Shown here: positions 1-12,060 of the stretch, piece after piece
How positions within the stretch are numbered: the stretch's first letter is position 1
How the letters are laid out: each line of letters begins with the position of its first letter
Source of the DNA: Toensbergia leucococca
Lineage: Eukaryota
NCBI GenBank assembly: GCA_022813965.1
Contig: JALDZS010000121.1
Coordinates: forward strand, 1-64,000
Direction: 5' to 3'
Length of the DNA: 64,000 bases
Notes under the pieces: model-generated
What the model was told of the DNA's origin: nothing
Seen by the model: only the letters and a program-made list of their open reading frames with translations
The model's database searches: none
Made by a program: the position numbers and the translations under genes

Positions 1-5
1 AAGTG

Positions 6-35
6 TGAAATGGTGAAATGGTGAAATGGTGAAAG
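6..35 (+). repeat. 8-bp tandem repeat (GTGAAATG)n, about 4 copies
   Basis: gtgaaatggtgaaatggtgaaatggtgaaagg seen directly. Confidence 0.85.
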
Positions 36-680
36 GCAAGAGCATGTCTTCGGGGATGTTGGTGACAATCCACCGAGTCACTTTTGGACTGTTCTTATAC
101 CTGTTCTCTTCTTTCTCCTGGCAACCGAATCTCTTTGCGAGAATTTTACCCCATGCTACTCTCTTCTATCCTGTTGTATACTCAAGCGTTTTTATCTTTT
201 CTTTATGTTGTGATAATGTCGCGATAATTTGTCTTTAAGATTGCGCTTCAGGCTGCAGGGTTAAGATGGTAGGAGTAGTGGCTTGCATGAACAGAATCGA
301 CTTGAACCAATCAATCACATTACGAGTAGCTTACTTGAAGAAACACAGCCTTAAATTTGTTGAGCATCAAGGCTGACTTCGCTATTATTTCTACATCTCA
401 ATGTAAGAATTCTATAACATTGCTGAACCTTATCACAGTCAGCAGTGTGATATTCTGATAAGTACTCTACTCTAGTTATAAGATAATTAATAACTTGCTA
501 CACTCAAAATGTACAAGAGACTGACTTCTGAGAAAAGAAAAAAAGAAACATTGACATTGACCTACTTTCACTAAATTAGTATGAGTGTAAGAGAATATAC
601 TCCTTTATGAAAGACAAATCAAAGACTAAACAATCACCAAATTGCTGTCATTTACAACACATCCGAAATTCCCCCTCTGA

Positions 681-1490
681 TCAAGAAATCGACCCTGGTC
701 TCCAAACCATCCCCCAAATCTTAAATCCCGGACCACCCTCACAAAAACTCCCATCCGCCGCAGCCTTCCCCTTCCCCAGCACCATCTCATCCACAACCAC
801 AAAATCCAGCCTCAAATAAAGCCGTAAGCAGGACTCCGTCGCCGCTTCCATCCAGATGGGCAGCTGAGCACTTGCGGCAACGGACTGATAATGCCTAACC
901 ATCGCCGAGCAAAACCCTCGACCTCGGGCCTCGCGACTGGTTCCCAAAAAGAAAACATAGTAGTACTTTTCATTAGCGCGCAAGCCTTTGGCTTTGCAGG
1001 CGCTTGTAAGCGGGCTCATTTCCCACAGCATGCGCTATAAATTATTACGTTACGTCAACCGGTAGTCAAGCAGGAAGAATCGAGGGGGAGGAAGATGCAG
1101 GAATTGGCGGGTTACCTGCAATCCGCCGAGTCCGAGGGTCCATATCACGGAGGGGAATCCGGCTGGTATGAGCGTGAGTGGGTTCGTGATCGATGAGTCC
1201 GGCGGCATCATGATTCCGCATGATTTCCAGTCATCTACTTCGTCAATTGAGGCGTTGTTCAAAGCGGCTGCTGTGAGCAGGGTATGGAAGTAGGTGGGGG
1301 TGTAGGCGAGCTGGTGGGCTTTGGTGGGGAGTGAGAGGAGGTAGACTATAGTTGGGTCGTCTGCGAAGGCTTCGCTGAGGAGGGCGGTCGCGGCTTCCAC
1401 ACGCTCCAGCGGAGTGGTTAGGTGGATGGGACAGGTATGAAGCGTTAGGGCCTTGCCTCTGCCGCCTGTCGTGATGGTCGAGTCTTTCAT
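681..1490 (-). CDS. GNAT-family N-acetyltransferase (spliced)
   Basis: ORFs 1050-1514 and 681-1031 join through a GT-AG intron at about 1035-1115. Acetyl-CoA binding motif A (FFLGTSREARGRGFCS) and WMEAATESCLRLYLRLDF are present. ATG at 1490. Confidence 0.85.
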
Positions 1491-1656
1491 AGTCTCTATT
1501 CCTTTGATTGGCAATCAGTATCATTGGTGATGTAAGTACAGTATTATGTTAATCAGATCACAATTTCATGTTCTGATAATCACAGGTCTCATTTTCTTGA
1601 CATAGTCATATTCAGCTTTGCGGTCTTGAGAATCCTGCACGGATCAAGTTGACAAA

Positions 1657-1740
1657 TCATCAGTGAGGGGAGAAATCATTGCCAGTTTTCAGCCCTATTT
1701 TCTCATCAAAAACTGACAATGATTTCTTACCCTCTGATGA
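1657..1740. repeat. Imperfect inverted repeat with ~33-bp arms (hairpin or MITE-like relic)
   Basis: Left arm TCATCAGTGAGGGGAGAAATCATTGCCAGTTTT; reverse complement of right arm TCATCAGAGGGTAAGAAATCATTGTCAGTTTT; short spacer between them. Confidence 0.7.
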
Positions 1741-2516
1741 ACACTCATAATCATTTACTAATGTGATAAAGTGTTAACTTATGACATTAAACATAAGATT
1801 GTTTTTGATTTTAGTCTCAATCACTTCTCATTCAATCACTTAAATTATAAATACAAAACACATAGTATATTAATTCTTTAGCTTAAATACTTATTTTCTT
1901 TCATTTTTCTCTCGGCTAGCAGCTCTTTTTCCTTTCTCTTTCTTCTCTCACCTACCTTCCCTAATCTAAAACACTAAGAAACAGCACACACTCTCTCTTC
2001 TAAGAAATATTCTCTCTCATCAACACAATCAAAATCTTATAAATCAATTCATAAGAAATGTTCTCTCTCTAACAAGCATCAACAATTCACACTCTTAGCA
2101 ATGCAATTGACACTAATCTAAAAATAGAAGAAGGTGAGCAAGAAAAAAAAGAAAATGAGAAAAAAAGCAGAGTACTATTCTCAAGATAATAAAATTTTAG
2201 TGAGTAAAGAAAGACCCTCTTAGGTAGAGTCAGGATTAAACATGTGAAGTGAGAGTGAGAGGGAGAGAGAGAGGGATGGAGGAACGTCAAGAGAACCAAA
2301 AGAACCAAGAGAGTAAGGGGATACTAGCTTCGAATGGAAGTAGTGACAACACTACATTTCCCTTTCCAGCCTTTGACAACTAAAAAAAGACGCCTCCGCC
2401 AACATATTCCCCCCATCCCCCCAGGACCACTCCAAAATCTCCGTGAAAGTCAAAAGTCACCGAATCATCACATCATCCTCATCTCTCCCATCCCCATCAT
2501 ATCCACTCCCACCCTC

Positions 2517-4450
2517 TCATCCCACAACAAAGAAATTCCTCACAGTAGCCGTCCCCTCCAGCAACGCCCAAACCTGCTCATCCGTACACGTGCTCAAGTC
2601 CCAAATATAGCAGCGCGCCTTGGGCTCAACAGGGAGTTTATTTTTGACCGGCCAACTCGAGGCAGGGCCATGCGTGCGATAAACGCCGTTGGAAGGATTA
2701 GAGGAGGTGAGGCCGGTGGGGATATCGGTGTTGAAGGTAGCGCGGTTGAAGATGGCGTAGGCGGTTGCGGGTTGATAGGCCGGGACTTCGTGGCCAGCTT
2801 CGAAGACGCGGGAGAAGGAGAAGTTCCCGTATTGACGAACTAGACCGCCGGTGTAGGTTGCGTTGGTGATGATGGGCTGGTAGCCGGCTTGGGCGAATTG
2901 GTCGGACTGGGCGTATTTTACTGAGAGGCTAACATTTTCGCCGCCGAGCCAGCTGCAGTCATAGTCGCGATCGCCGTACATCAGGGCTACTTTGATGCCT
3001 TTGTCGAGGAGAGAGCCGAGGTCCGACATTATGCCACCGCGAGCAAAGTCGCCGGTGCTGATGAAGGCGTTTGCGACTGCTGCGGAGACCGAGGTGAAGT
3101 TTACGGGAACGCCGAGGGCGGCTTGGACCCAGTGGCGATTAAAGAAGCCTAATGAATACGGTGTTGGGAATGGGATAGCGCCTTGGACTGCGATTTCGTG
3201 GCCGAACCGGGATGAGTACTCGAAAAAGGGACCTGCTACGTAATTTTGACAGAAATTATCTGCTCCCAGGCATGCCGCGTTGACAGTAACATTGTTGCCG
3301 TAATTATTGGGATCTCCCTGCGCTGCGAGTGACTGACAGGTATGTATCTGATCAATACAGCCACCCGGTTCGATATTATCGAGAACAGCTTGGTTGTAGA
3401 CTGCTCGATTGATGATTTGAAGGCCGTAGGTGTTGTTATATGCAATATGTGGATATGCCGAACTTTGACTGAGTAGGTCAATACAGCCGTTGATGATGCC
3501 CAAAGTGTCAAGATACATGTAGTATGCTCCATTCTCTTTCAGAGAGCCGTTTTGGATTTTCAGGTTCTGTTCTTCAAAAAACGATACGTAAGTACGACCG
3601 TAACGACCGTAACGACCGTAACGACCGCCGTACTAAGAGTTTCCTGTTAGTATTAAAAATCTCTATTAGAAGATAGGATCCTACCGACTGAGCCCAAAGA
3701 TGAATCTTGTCATTCTTTGGCTTATAGGCCGGGAATCTGAGATCAATGAGCCAGATAAGATAATAGGTAAGCGGCATGAACCCACTCAGCAAACCAGGTC
3801 TGGGCAAAGTGCCAAAGGGCGTGCACACCATTGACAGTAGAGTTGGCAGTATTGTTCTGGATCTGACTTGCAAACGTTCCAACGAAGAAGGTATTATTGG
3901 CCTCAGGAATACCGTGTTTGAAGTCTGAAACCTGAATGTTACCTGTTGTCTGATCCACGGTACCGTTCACAAGGAAATCGTATGAGTACCCAACCTGAAC
4001 CGGTTGGTCGATATAAAGCATGTTGACATGATTATTCCACGACCAAGGGTTGAGTGTAGTGCTGTTGGAATCGTCGTTAATGGAGCATGGACCATTCTCG
4101 GATACAGCACCAACAATCGAGCTTGCGCCTGGTCCACCATCTAGCCAGATTGCTAGGGGTGCATTGGCAGGATCTGTACGAGACTCGAAGAACCAGAAAA
4201 AGTAGTTGATGTTGTAATTCTGCGACTCATGAACGTCAGCTGATATGTTGGGTGGAAGATGCACGTATCCGCTGTAGGACTTGACATTCGGCGTCGTCTC
4301 GCATATGAAGGTTTCCTTGTATGATATATTGACGTTTGGGTGAAACTTTGAGCGCAAGACAGTGTTTCCTTGAGGCGTAGGCGGGAAATACTGGGCTACC
4401 GCGAATCCAAGGAAAGAAATGCTGATGGTAAAATAAAAGAGACGGAACAT
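2517..4450 (-). CDS. Secreted serine carboxypeptidase (peptidase S10, carboxypeptidase S1-like)
   Basis: Signal peptide [44 protein letters not shown]; nucleophile QS|YGG across an intron (about 3633-3684); Asp in YGDRDYDC; His in FEAGHEVP. Second intron about 3737-3785. Confidence 0.93.
3594..3629 (-). repeat. 9-bp coding tandem repeat (ACGACCGTA x3, plus one imperfect copy) encoding GRY repeats
   Basis: Seen directly: agt acgaccgta acgaccgta acgaccgta acgaccgcc gta. Confidence 0.95.
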
Positions 4451-5317
4451 TTTGTAGTGAGCTGTAGAATTGAAATTTAGAGAAAATGACGAAGTGAGAG
4501 TGCGGTAGCACTCGTTCCAACAAGCAGGCTAGGGGTCCTGCAGCGACAAAGGAAATGGCTGAGAATGATACCTTAGTATTGTTATCAGCCCATCAAAGAA
4601 GTTTGTTATGAAAGGCGAAGACTTAGAGAAAGTGTGAAATGTTGTGTGGAATTGACTGAAGGTAAAGTGATATTCAAAGTCGCTACTGAGTCATTCCTGG
4701 AGGTCTGTCACTCGCAAAGTAGAGATGATCAAAATTCAGTCATCAACAAAGCTTGTAATGTCGAAAAGAGAAGCTCAATGGTGAGTGGCACACGACACAA
4801 GCATGGGAGACAGTTTCATTTCTGAGATCAACCTGAGGGATCAGTACAATTCTCGAGTCCCATTAACCTGATGGCACACGTGGAGACGCGATATTTAAGT
4901 CACAATGTAAGAGTAGAACTTCGGAGTCCTTGAGATATGATGATTCTTTGGTCTTAGTTCGACAAGTGAGATAGATGTTTTAATAGGGATGGGGAATGAG
5001 GCAAGAATGATGACAGGTAGGTAGATATTCCATGTCTGTCTCAGGGGATTAATTGTAGGATAGTCGGCAGCCAAACGAGGAATAAGAATAGGAATAGGAA
5101 ATGAAAAAGAAAAGAAAAAGGAAAAGGAAACGTAAATCAGCCAAGTGGATCCGGCAAATTTATGCTTTGTGCTTAATTTGACATCACCAAGTTATTCTAT
5201 CACTCGTCTTCATCTTCACCTTTAATAACACGCTCCTTACATAGCTTAGCTTGTCACCGACACTCCCTTCATTGACATGTCACCCACCTCTCCCACCTCT
5301 TATCCTTCTCAAACACG

Positions 5318-6386
5318 ATGGAGAGCTCGCAAGAGCCTCTTCTGGATGAGATTCAATGGCGAGCCCCACCCTTAGCCCAGTCCATGGGAGGGATCCATAC
5401 AAACACCGTACTCCCATACTTTGCGAATTCGCCCTTCTTCGATACAACTTCCAACAATAACGTCCTTACCAGTCAGGCCCTCCATAACCCAAATCTGTTC
5501 TATCTCATCCAGACCAGAGAAGCCTTTGAGGGAAGGCTAAGGACAATGCAAGGCCTGGAGTTCATGGTCACACAAGACCCCTCGAACAATGGGACACAAA
5601 CAGAGAATAGCGGTGTCTGGGTCATTCGAAGGCAGAATCGCCGAAAGAGACAAGGCAGCGAAGATGAGATCATTCCTAAGACCTCGTATTTTGTCATTGG
5701 GGAGAACATATACATGGCCCCGTCTGTGGGTAATGTTCTTGGTAGTAGGATGGTACGTTTTGTAGACTATATTTTTAGAAAGATGTTGTTGACAGGTGTA
5801 GCTCTCTACCGTCACCTCCCTCACAAAGCTGCTTTCTACTGCCGCTACCCTGCCCATCTTCACCCCCTCGTTGGGTCACACGTACATGCTTCCAACCCCG
5901 AAAAACCCTTCATCCACATCCCGCAATGCCTCTCGCACCAACACAGCCCAAGTAAGCAAGGAAGGTAGCCCTATGCCGGGGAATCAGACACCTGCAACAA
6001 GCACCAAGATGCCATTAGGAGCCAAGACCACAACCGGCTCTGACTACCGAGGCATTCGTCTGCTCGCAGATTCCTATAGTCTGTCTCTACGTTACGATAA
6101 AGAGTATATGGACGACAACCCGTTAATCGGCGAGCCCGGGTCTTTTAAATTATCTAGAGCACGCAACCTGGCTCCTGCAGCCTCTCAGCCACAGATCCAA
6201 CTCACGACGTCTGTTAAATCTTCCGCCCCCATCCCACCGAAGATTGAGACCACGGCACCTGCCGTGCCACTAAGGAAGGGAAGCAAAGCAGGAGAGAAGA
6301 GTCCAATCACACCAGGAGCAAAGGAAAAGAAGGGGAGGCGAAAGAGCAAAGCAGCTGGAATGGTCGCCGTGACGACGCCCAAGTGA
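5318..6386 (+). CDS. MED6: Mediator of RNA polymerase II transcription subunit 6
   Basis: LDEIQWRAP...VLPYFANSPFFDTTSNN...LRTMQGLEF...GVWVIRRQNR...YFVIGENIYMAPSV is the Med6 domain. Intron at about 5753-5801 joins the two ORFs. Confidence 0.93.
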
Positions 6387-7846
6387 GCGCTATATTGGTC
6401 TTTATGAAGTATGGGGAAGGACTCGAGCCCATTGTGTTTTACCGAAAGATTCACTGAGTGGAAAATGCAAGTTGAGCATATGAGAGGATGAGATACGAAT
6501 GGGTGATAGCTCGACCCGTTAAACATTGTAATCATGCAACAAGTGGCAAACATGGTGCAGGGAGTGTCAAAGAAGGAGTGCTGAACGATTTAGTCTAGCT
6601 TAGGTAGAACGATGTAAGATATCTACAATTCTATCCACCCACAACCCAACGGACCCATCACTAAGCACCGAGTGATCAAATTAAAGCAAACCTCAACCTT
6701 TCCCCATGGGTACCAAACCCGATTGAAGATCTCACCTACCTCTGTCCATGATCTTTTGACTCCCGACTTCATAGAAACAGGTTTTGTCAAACCATCAACC
6801 TAAAAACCCCAGCACCTCCCACCATCCAGCCTCGACTCTCATAGCCAGATCCGTCCCATCCCTCCTCCCATCCCAAACTCCACTGATAACTCAACACCTT
6901 CACAACTCCCCTGAGCAAAACGCCCGCGACCCAGAGATCATGTATCTAGAAACGTATGTCTCAGCCCTCTCAATCACTCAAATAGGTCTCACTTGGAATA
7001 TCTGAGATGCGAGGTTGTATGTATGTTTTAGAGTGAGAGGTACAACCTGTCTGATCATTTTGCAGCTTGGTCCGTGCGCCCACTATTCTATTCTATTCTA
7101 AACAATCCCTGTCACCTCACGGCGCACAGACCAAGCTGCCAAATGAGCAAATGAAGGGATGGACTGGTGAGACTGAATCTGCATCCGAGATTCAACTCTC
7201 TCTACCCAAAAAAACCAGAAAAAAAAGAAATCTTCATACTTTTCATGTCTGTGTGAAAAAGCCTACATATCAAAGCGCGTCCCTCTCTCTCTCTCTTGTC
7301 ATTCATGCATGCAAGCCGAGACTCAAAAGGGACCGTCCAAGAGACACACATCCAAGCCTCGCCTCCATTCCAGCCCGCTCGAATCCGCCACACCTGAGCC
7401 CCCCCGACTCCTCGGAGCGAGATTTCATGGGGGTTCCGAGGTTAGCGAGAAACCACCTAAACGCCAGATAGTTGATTGAGTTATCTACCTCTACCAAAAC
7501 TAGGTGCCATAGTTGACAATTGATTATTGAATATTTGCGTGAATCAGCTACTTACATCCAGAGGACGTTTTGGCAATGCACGTGCAAATTTCCCCCCCAA
7601 AAATAGATTCCCATTTACTCTGTTCTATGATGACGGACCCCGGGACCCCTCATGACTTCTCACCCCCACGAAGGTGCCTTGTGGCTGCCTGAGCTACATT
7701 ATGGTCTGTTGATCTGAGATTACCCCTGAGTACCTTATGTCATATGCGGCATATATTTTGTGTCAACAAACATGTTATCATTCTCTTCATTTCAGGTTTC
7801 TAACCATCGCTCCTACATGTCACGCATTTAATGTGTACAGCATAAC

Positions 7847-9106
7847 ATGCTTATATTCATATCATGATCTTGAGTCAATGCAAGTTTGGTATTCGCAAGC
7901 AAGTTTCTAACGATGATAATTGATACTGCCCGTCACCCTCTCATCGCTCAGATCACACCAGGGCCAAAAGCCCCTAGCCGTGCTCTCCTCGAAGGCCGCG
8001 CAATTGATACGTGCGGTTTTGTAAGTGGTGACCAGAGTGAGTTTTCTATCCATACACCAATCAACAGTATCACCTTACCAAGACTTATCACAGATTCTCC
8101 TTTGACATGCCCAGCTGGCTACACATGTACCGTCGATGCCGCTTTTTTCGGTTGCTGCGGCCAGCTAGGATGTCAATCGAACTGGCACACTTGCGTTCCT
8201 CATGACTCTCCTGATTGCGCTGGTGACAATCTTTCCATATGCTCTGAGATCTATACTTCCGTTCTAATATGGTTGGAAATACTCCTCTCCTATATTCGAA
8301 ACACCAAGTCAAATATTCAGATGCTTGTTGTTTGCGTTCTTATATCTTCTTAGTCCTCAAGAGTCACCCGCCTGCGTAACGTACGATCGGAGCACGGTTG
8401 TCGGAGGGACAGGCTTAACATCCTACGCATGTGGCGCTTCTCCGACACAGATCCATGTTCGTCTAGAGCCTACGACTGGGGCTGGCTTAGCAGCACAGAG
8501 CATTCAGGGACAAGACGGTACCGTGGGTTCTGGTGCTATAGGTTGGTACTACCATGCTTGTTCCTCAAGCGCCATTTGAGAAATTGACGGGTTTTTATTC
8601 TCCTGCAAGATCTGCTAAAGCTGATAACCATCTTTTTAGGATCCTCAGCTGCCGCCACAACAAGTAGCGCCCCTACTACTGACACAACTTCCTCCTCAAC
8701 AACAACACAACAAGCAATCACAAGCGAGAGTAACATCAGCTCCTCTTCCTTTGAAACAATTTCCTCGACAACAATAGCAACCAGTCAGAGTAGCAGCAAT
8801 TCCTTAAGCTCCGTCACAAGCGTCTCATCAACAACAGCAGCAACAACAAGCCAGGATAGCAACGGCTCCTCTTCATTTACCACAATCTCCTCCTCGGCAA
8901 CACCAACTACTAGTGAGAGCAGTGGTGGCAGTGACAGCGGCGGACTCAGCAACAGCGACAAGATCGTGCTCGCGACATCTCTACCGGGGTTAGCTCTAAC
9001 AGCACTAATAGCTGGGCTCACTTATGTGCTTGTGAAGCGATCGAAAGAAAAAAAGAAACAGAAAGACCCAGTGAAGAAAAATAAAACTCCACCGAAAACG
9101 ATATAA
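7847..9106 (+). CDS. Cys-rich ectodomain / Ser-Thr-rich stalk / single-pass membrane protein; N-terminus possibly disrupted
   Basis: Spliced exons read DTCGFVSGD, SPLTCPAGYTC...FGCCG..C...TC, SPACVTY...YAC, then a Ser/Thr stalk, a TM segment (IVLATSLPGLALTALIAGLTYVLV) and a Lys-rich tail to TAA at 9104-9106. Start is uncertain: ATG 7847 is followed by in-frame TGA at 7865 and 7871. Confidence 0.65.
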
Positions 9107-9724
9107 ATGCACCGATATTTTTGAGAGAATTAGAGCATGTAGTTATTAGTTTTGTGATGAGTATGAGATCAGGGTTTTAGCCTGGAGGGAATGTGGTGTT
9201 TTGGTAATTTTCAAGCTAACACTGGGAAAGGGGTCAGAGGTAATCGATAACAATAGGTGATATTTCAAGAGACGTTGGAGGAGCTTCTGGAGTGTACCGT
9301 TGTAGTCGACATTCCGGAACTAATGAAAATTAAATATACTTATAATGTACCGCCAGATGTCTTTGTAATGAGTGAAAATGGTGATTGTTGAGCAGTTTTC
9401 AAGTAAAAAGCGAAAAGTTGCTATGAGGAGTGTCACAGATAGCTTGGATCGTACATCTTCTCAAGGCAGAAGATTGACTTGATAGACACACTCAAGGGAT
9501 AATTCCTGGACGGAGTCAAGTGCTTTGAAGTCGTAGATAGTACATAGAATCGAATGATAGATTGGGGAAGGCGTGCACGCTAGTAAATCCTAGCCCTATC
9601 TACGGAATGCCCCTAAACTCAATTCCCATAAATGCCGGACCACACCACCAACTATTCTCCTCTCAAACCTCCAAGGCCAATCTCAACATCAACCTGACAA
9701 AATGACCCTTCCTCCTCATCCACC

Positions 9725-11131
9725 ATGACAAGCATCCCACCTGAAATCCCTACCCCTCACTTTCCTTCTCATCCCCACCCTCGAGTCTGGCTCCTTACCT
9801 CCGCCGCCTGCCCCTTCGCTATCGAATTAGCCCTTCACCTCCTCGCCCACGGCGACTACGTTGTTGCTGGAGTCAAGCCGTCGGACATCTCGGGCGACGA
9901 CAGCGAGAGGGGTGATGAGTTCCGCGCCTTCTGGGAAGAGGTTATAAGGGAGGGGTGGAGGGAGAGATGTAAGACTGTTGGCTTGGACGAGAGGTGTGAG
10001 GCTTCCCTTGGTAGGGATGGTGTGTTACAGAGTCGGTGACTAATCTTTGGGTCAGAGTCATGGGCCAATGTCAAGTTGTTGTTGCCGAAGCCCTGGAGGC
10101 ATTTGGGAGGGTGGACATTCTGTTCTGCTGCACAAGCGAAGGTGTGTGTACTTCATCATGGCGTTAACCTACGCTCCAGCCCTTTATTGACAACGAAGCG
10201 ATCAGCCATTGTCGGCGCAGTCGAAGAGCTTGCCTCGTCCCCGCGATGCCTGACGCTCGTCCGGGACCAATTCGAGACCAACTACTTCGGTCCTGTAAAC
10301 ATCATCAAAGCAGTCTTACCCTCCATGAGACGCAAGAGCTCTGGGCACATAATCGTATTGACAGGTATTAGTGAGTCTTGATTCCTTCTTTCCCAGAACT
10401 TTCCCTTGGCACCAGCTGACATTGCCCAAGCCGGCCATCTAGGCACCCCAGGATTAGGAATGTACTGTGCCTCAGGCTGGGCTCTGGAAGGCTTCTGTGA
10501 CGTAAACTTGCCCCAATATCTCCCCTCCCTCCAAAGAATCCGAAAAAACCGACTCTTACCTCTTTCTAAAACATAGAGCCTAGCCTACGAAATCGCCCCC
10601 TTCAACATAAAGATGACAATCGTCCAATCAAACCTAGAAATAAACATCCTTACCAACAAAATCACCTACGCGCCCCCCCTCCCCCAATACAGCGCCCCCG
10701 AAAACCCCGCCCCCCTCTTCCGCACAATCCTCACCAACCTCCTCTCTCACCTCCCCCCATCACCACCCCCAACATCCACCCCACCACCAGAACCACCACT
10801 TCCCCCAACAGCCGCAACAACCCCCACCACCCCCGAAAAAATAAAAACCCACCACCCCCCCCTCCCCCCGCACCTAAAAACCCTCCTAATAGCCGAAACA
10901 ACCCACGCCCTCCTCGCCATCGGCGGGCATGAAAACCCGCCCGCGCGACACATAGTCGGCTACGACGCCGTGGCCAGCGTGAAAGAGAAGCTCAAGACGG
11001 TGAGCGAGGAGCTCGAGGACTTTGTCGAGGTGAGCTGCGCGGTCGATATTGCGGGAGGAGAGGGTGATGTGGCGGAGGGGGATGGTGGGGCCGCTGCGGG
11101 GGAGAGAGATGATGGGGAATTATTTGCGTGA
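9725..11131 (+). CDS. Atypical short-chain dehydrogenase/reductase (multi-intron)
   Basis: RVWLLTS...LLAHGDYVVAG; QFETNYFGPVNIIKAVLPSMRRKSSGHII; GTPGLGMYCASGWALEGFCD|SLAYEIAPFNIKMTIVQ; ENPPARHIVG. Confidence 0.85.
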
Positions 11132-12060
11132 TTGGGGAGGTGTGGTGGGTGGTGGGGGGAACGAGAGAGAAGGGGGTGCTGAGTGAAAGGTTGCGATTGT
11201 TTTCAGGCAGGATGGGGGTCTCAGTATACATTCGCACCTTTACCACACGCACAGACCGGGTCAGATCAGATCAGATCGAGGTGTGCCACAACCCCAAGCA
11301 AAAAAAAACAGTCCACCCCTCCCAAAAACCGGCACCCCGCACACTCAATCCCCATCATCTTATCAATCATTCACACACACACCCACCTTCTTCATTTTCA
11401 TTCCCACTTTCAATTCTCCCCTCCGCTACCATACCATACCATACACACCTCCAATCCTCCTCCCCAAAACAAACAAACAAGTGAAACCCTCCTGTCAAAT
11501 CTATCCCTCACACACCCCCTCCTCCCATCCACCAAACAAACACACACAAATTCAAGAAAAATCCCCAAATCCCACCTCAACAACAGCCTACATCCAACCA
11601 AGCCACCCCACCCCACCTCACCTCCCCCCCGACCCCGCCCCCCCCCCAAATCGGGAGGGGAGCGAAGGCACAAAGGACGCGGAGAGAAAGAGAGAAAAAG
11701 ATAAAAGTGTCTACTCAACTCATCACCATGGCGCCAAAACATCCCAGTCTACAAAGACCCCCCTATAATAAAAGCAAAGTAAAAAGAAGAAAAGAAAAAA
11801 AGAAAAAACCCCACCTCCACCCATCAACACGTTCCCCCCAAACCCACAGGAGAAACACCACCCCAATAGCCATCAGTCCATCCATCCACCAAACATATCC
11901 TTAAGAGAAAAAGAAACCCGGATCTATGCCGCCAAAAGAAGCCATGCATCCCTTACGCCCCCCGCCAAGCTTAACAGAAACCCAGACGCCCAAAGCCCCA
12001 AAAGCGCCCCTGCCAAATTCCTCGCATGCAAACCCCAATTCAAACAAGCTCTTCATTTCC

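Noticed and set aside
3594..3629. Short direct repeats as a CRISPR-like array (also 13738-13906)
   Set aside because: Spacer-less coding tandem repeats in a eukaryotic genome.
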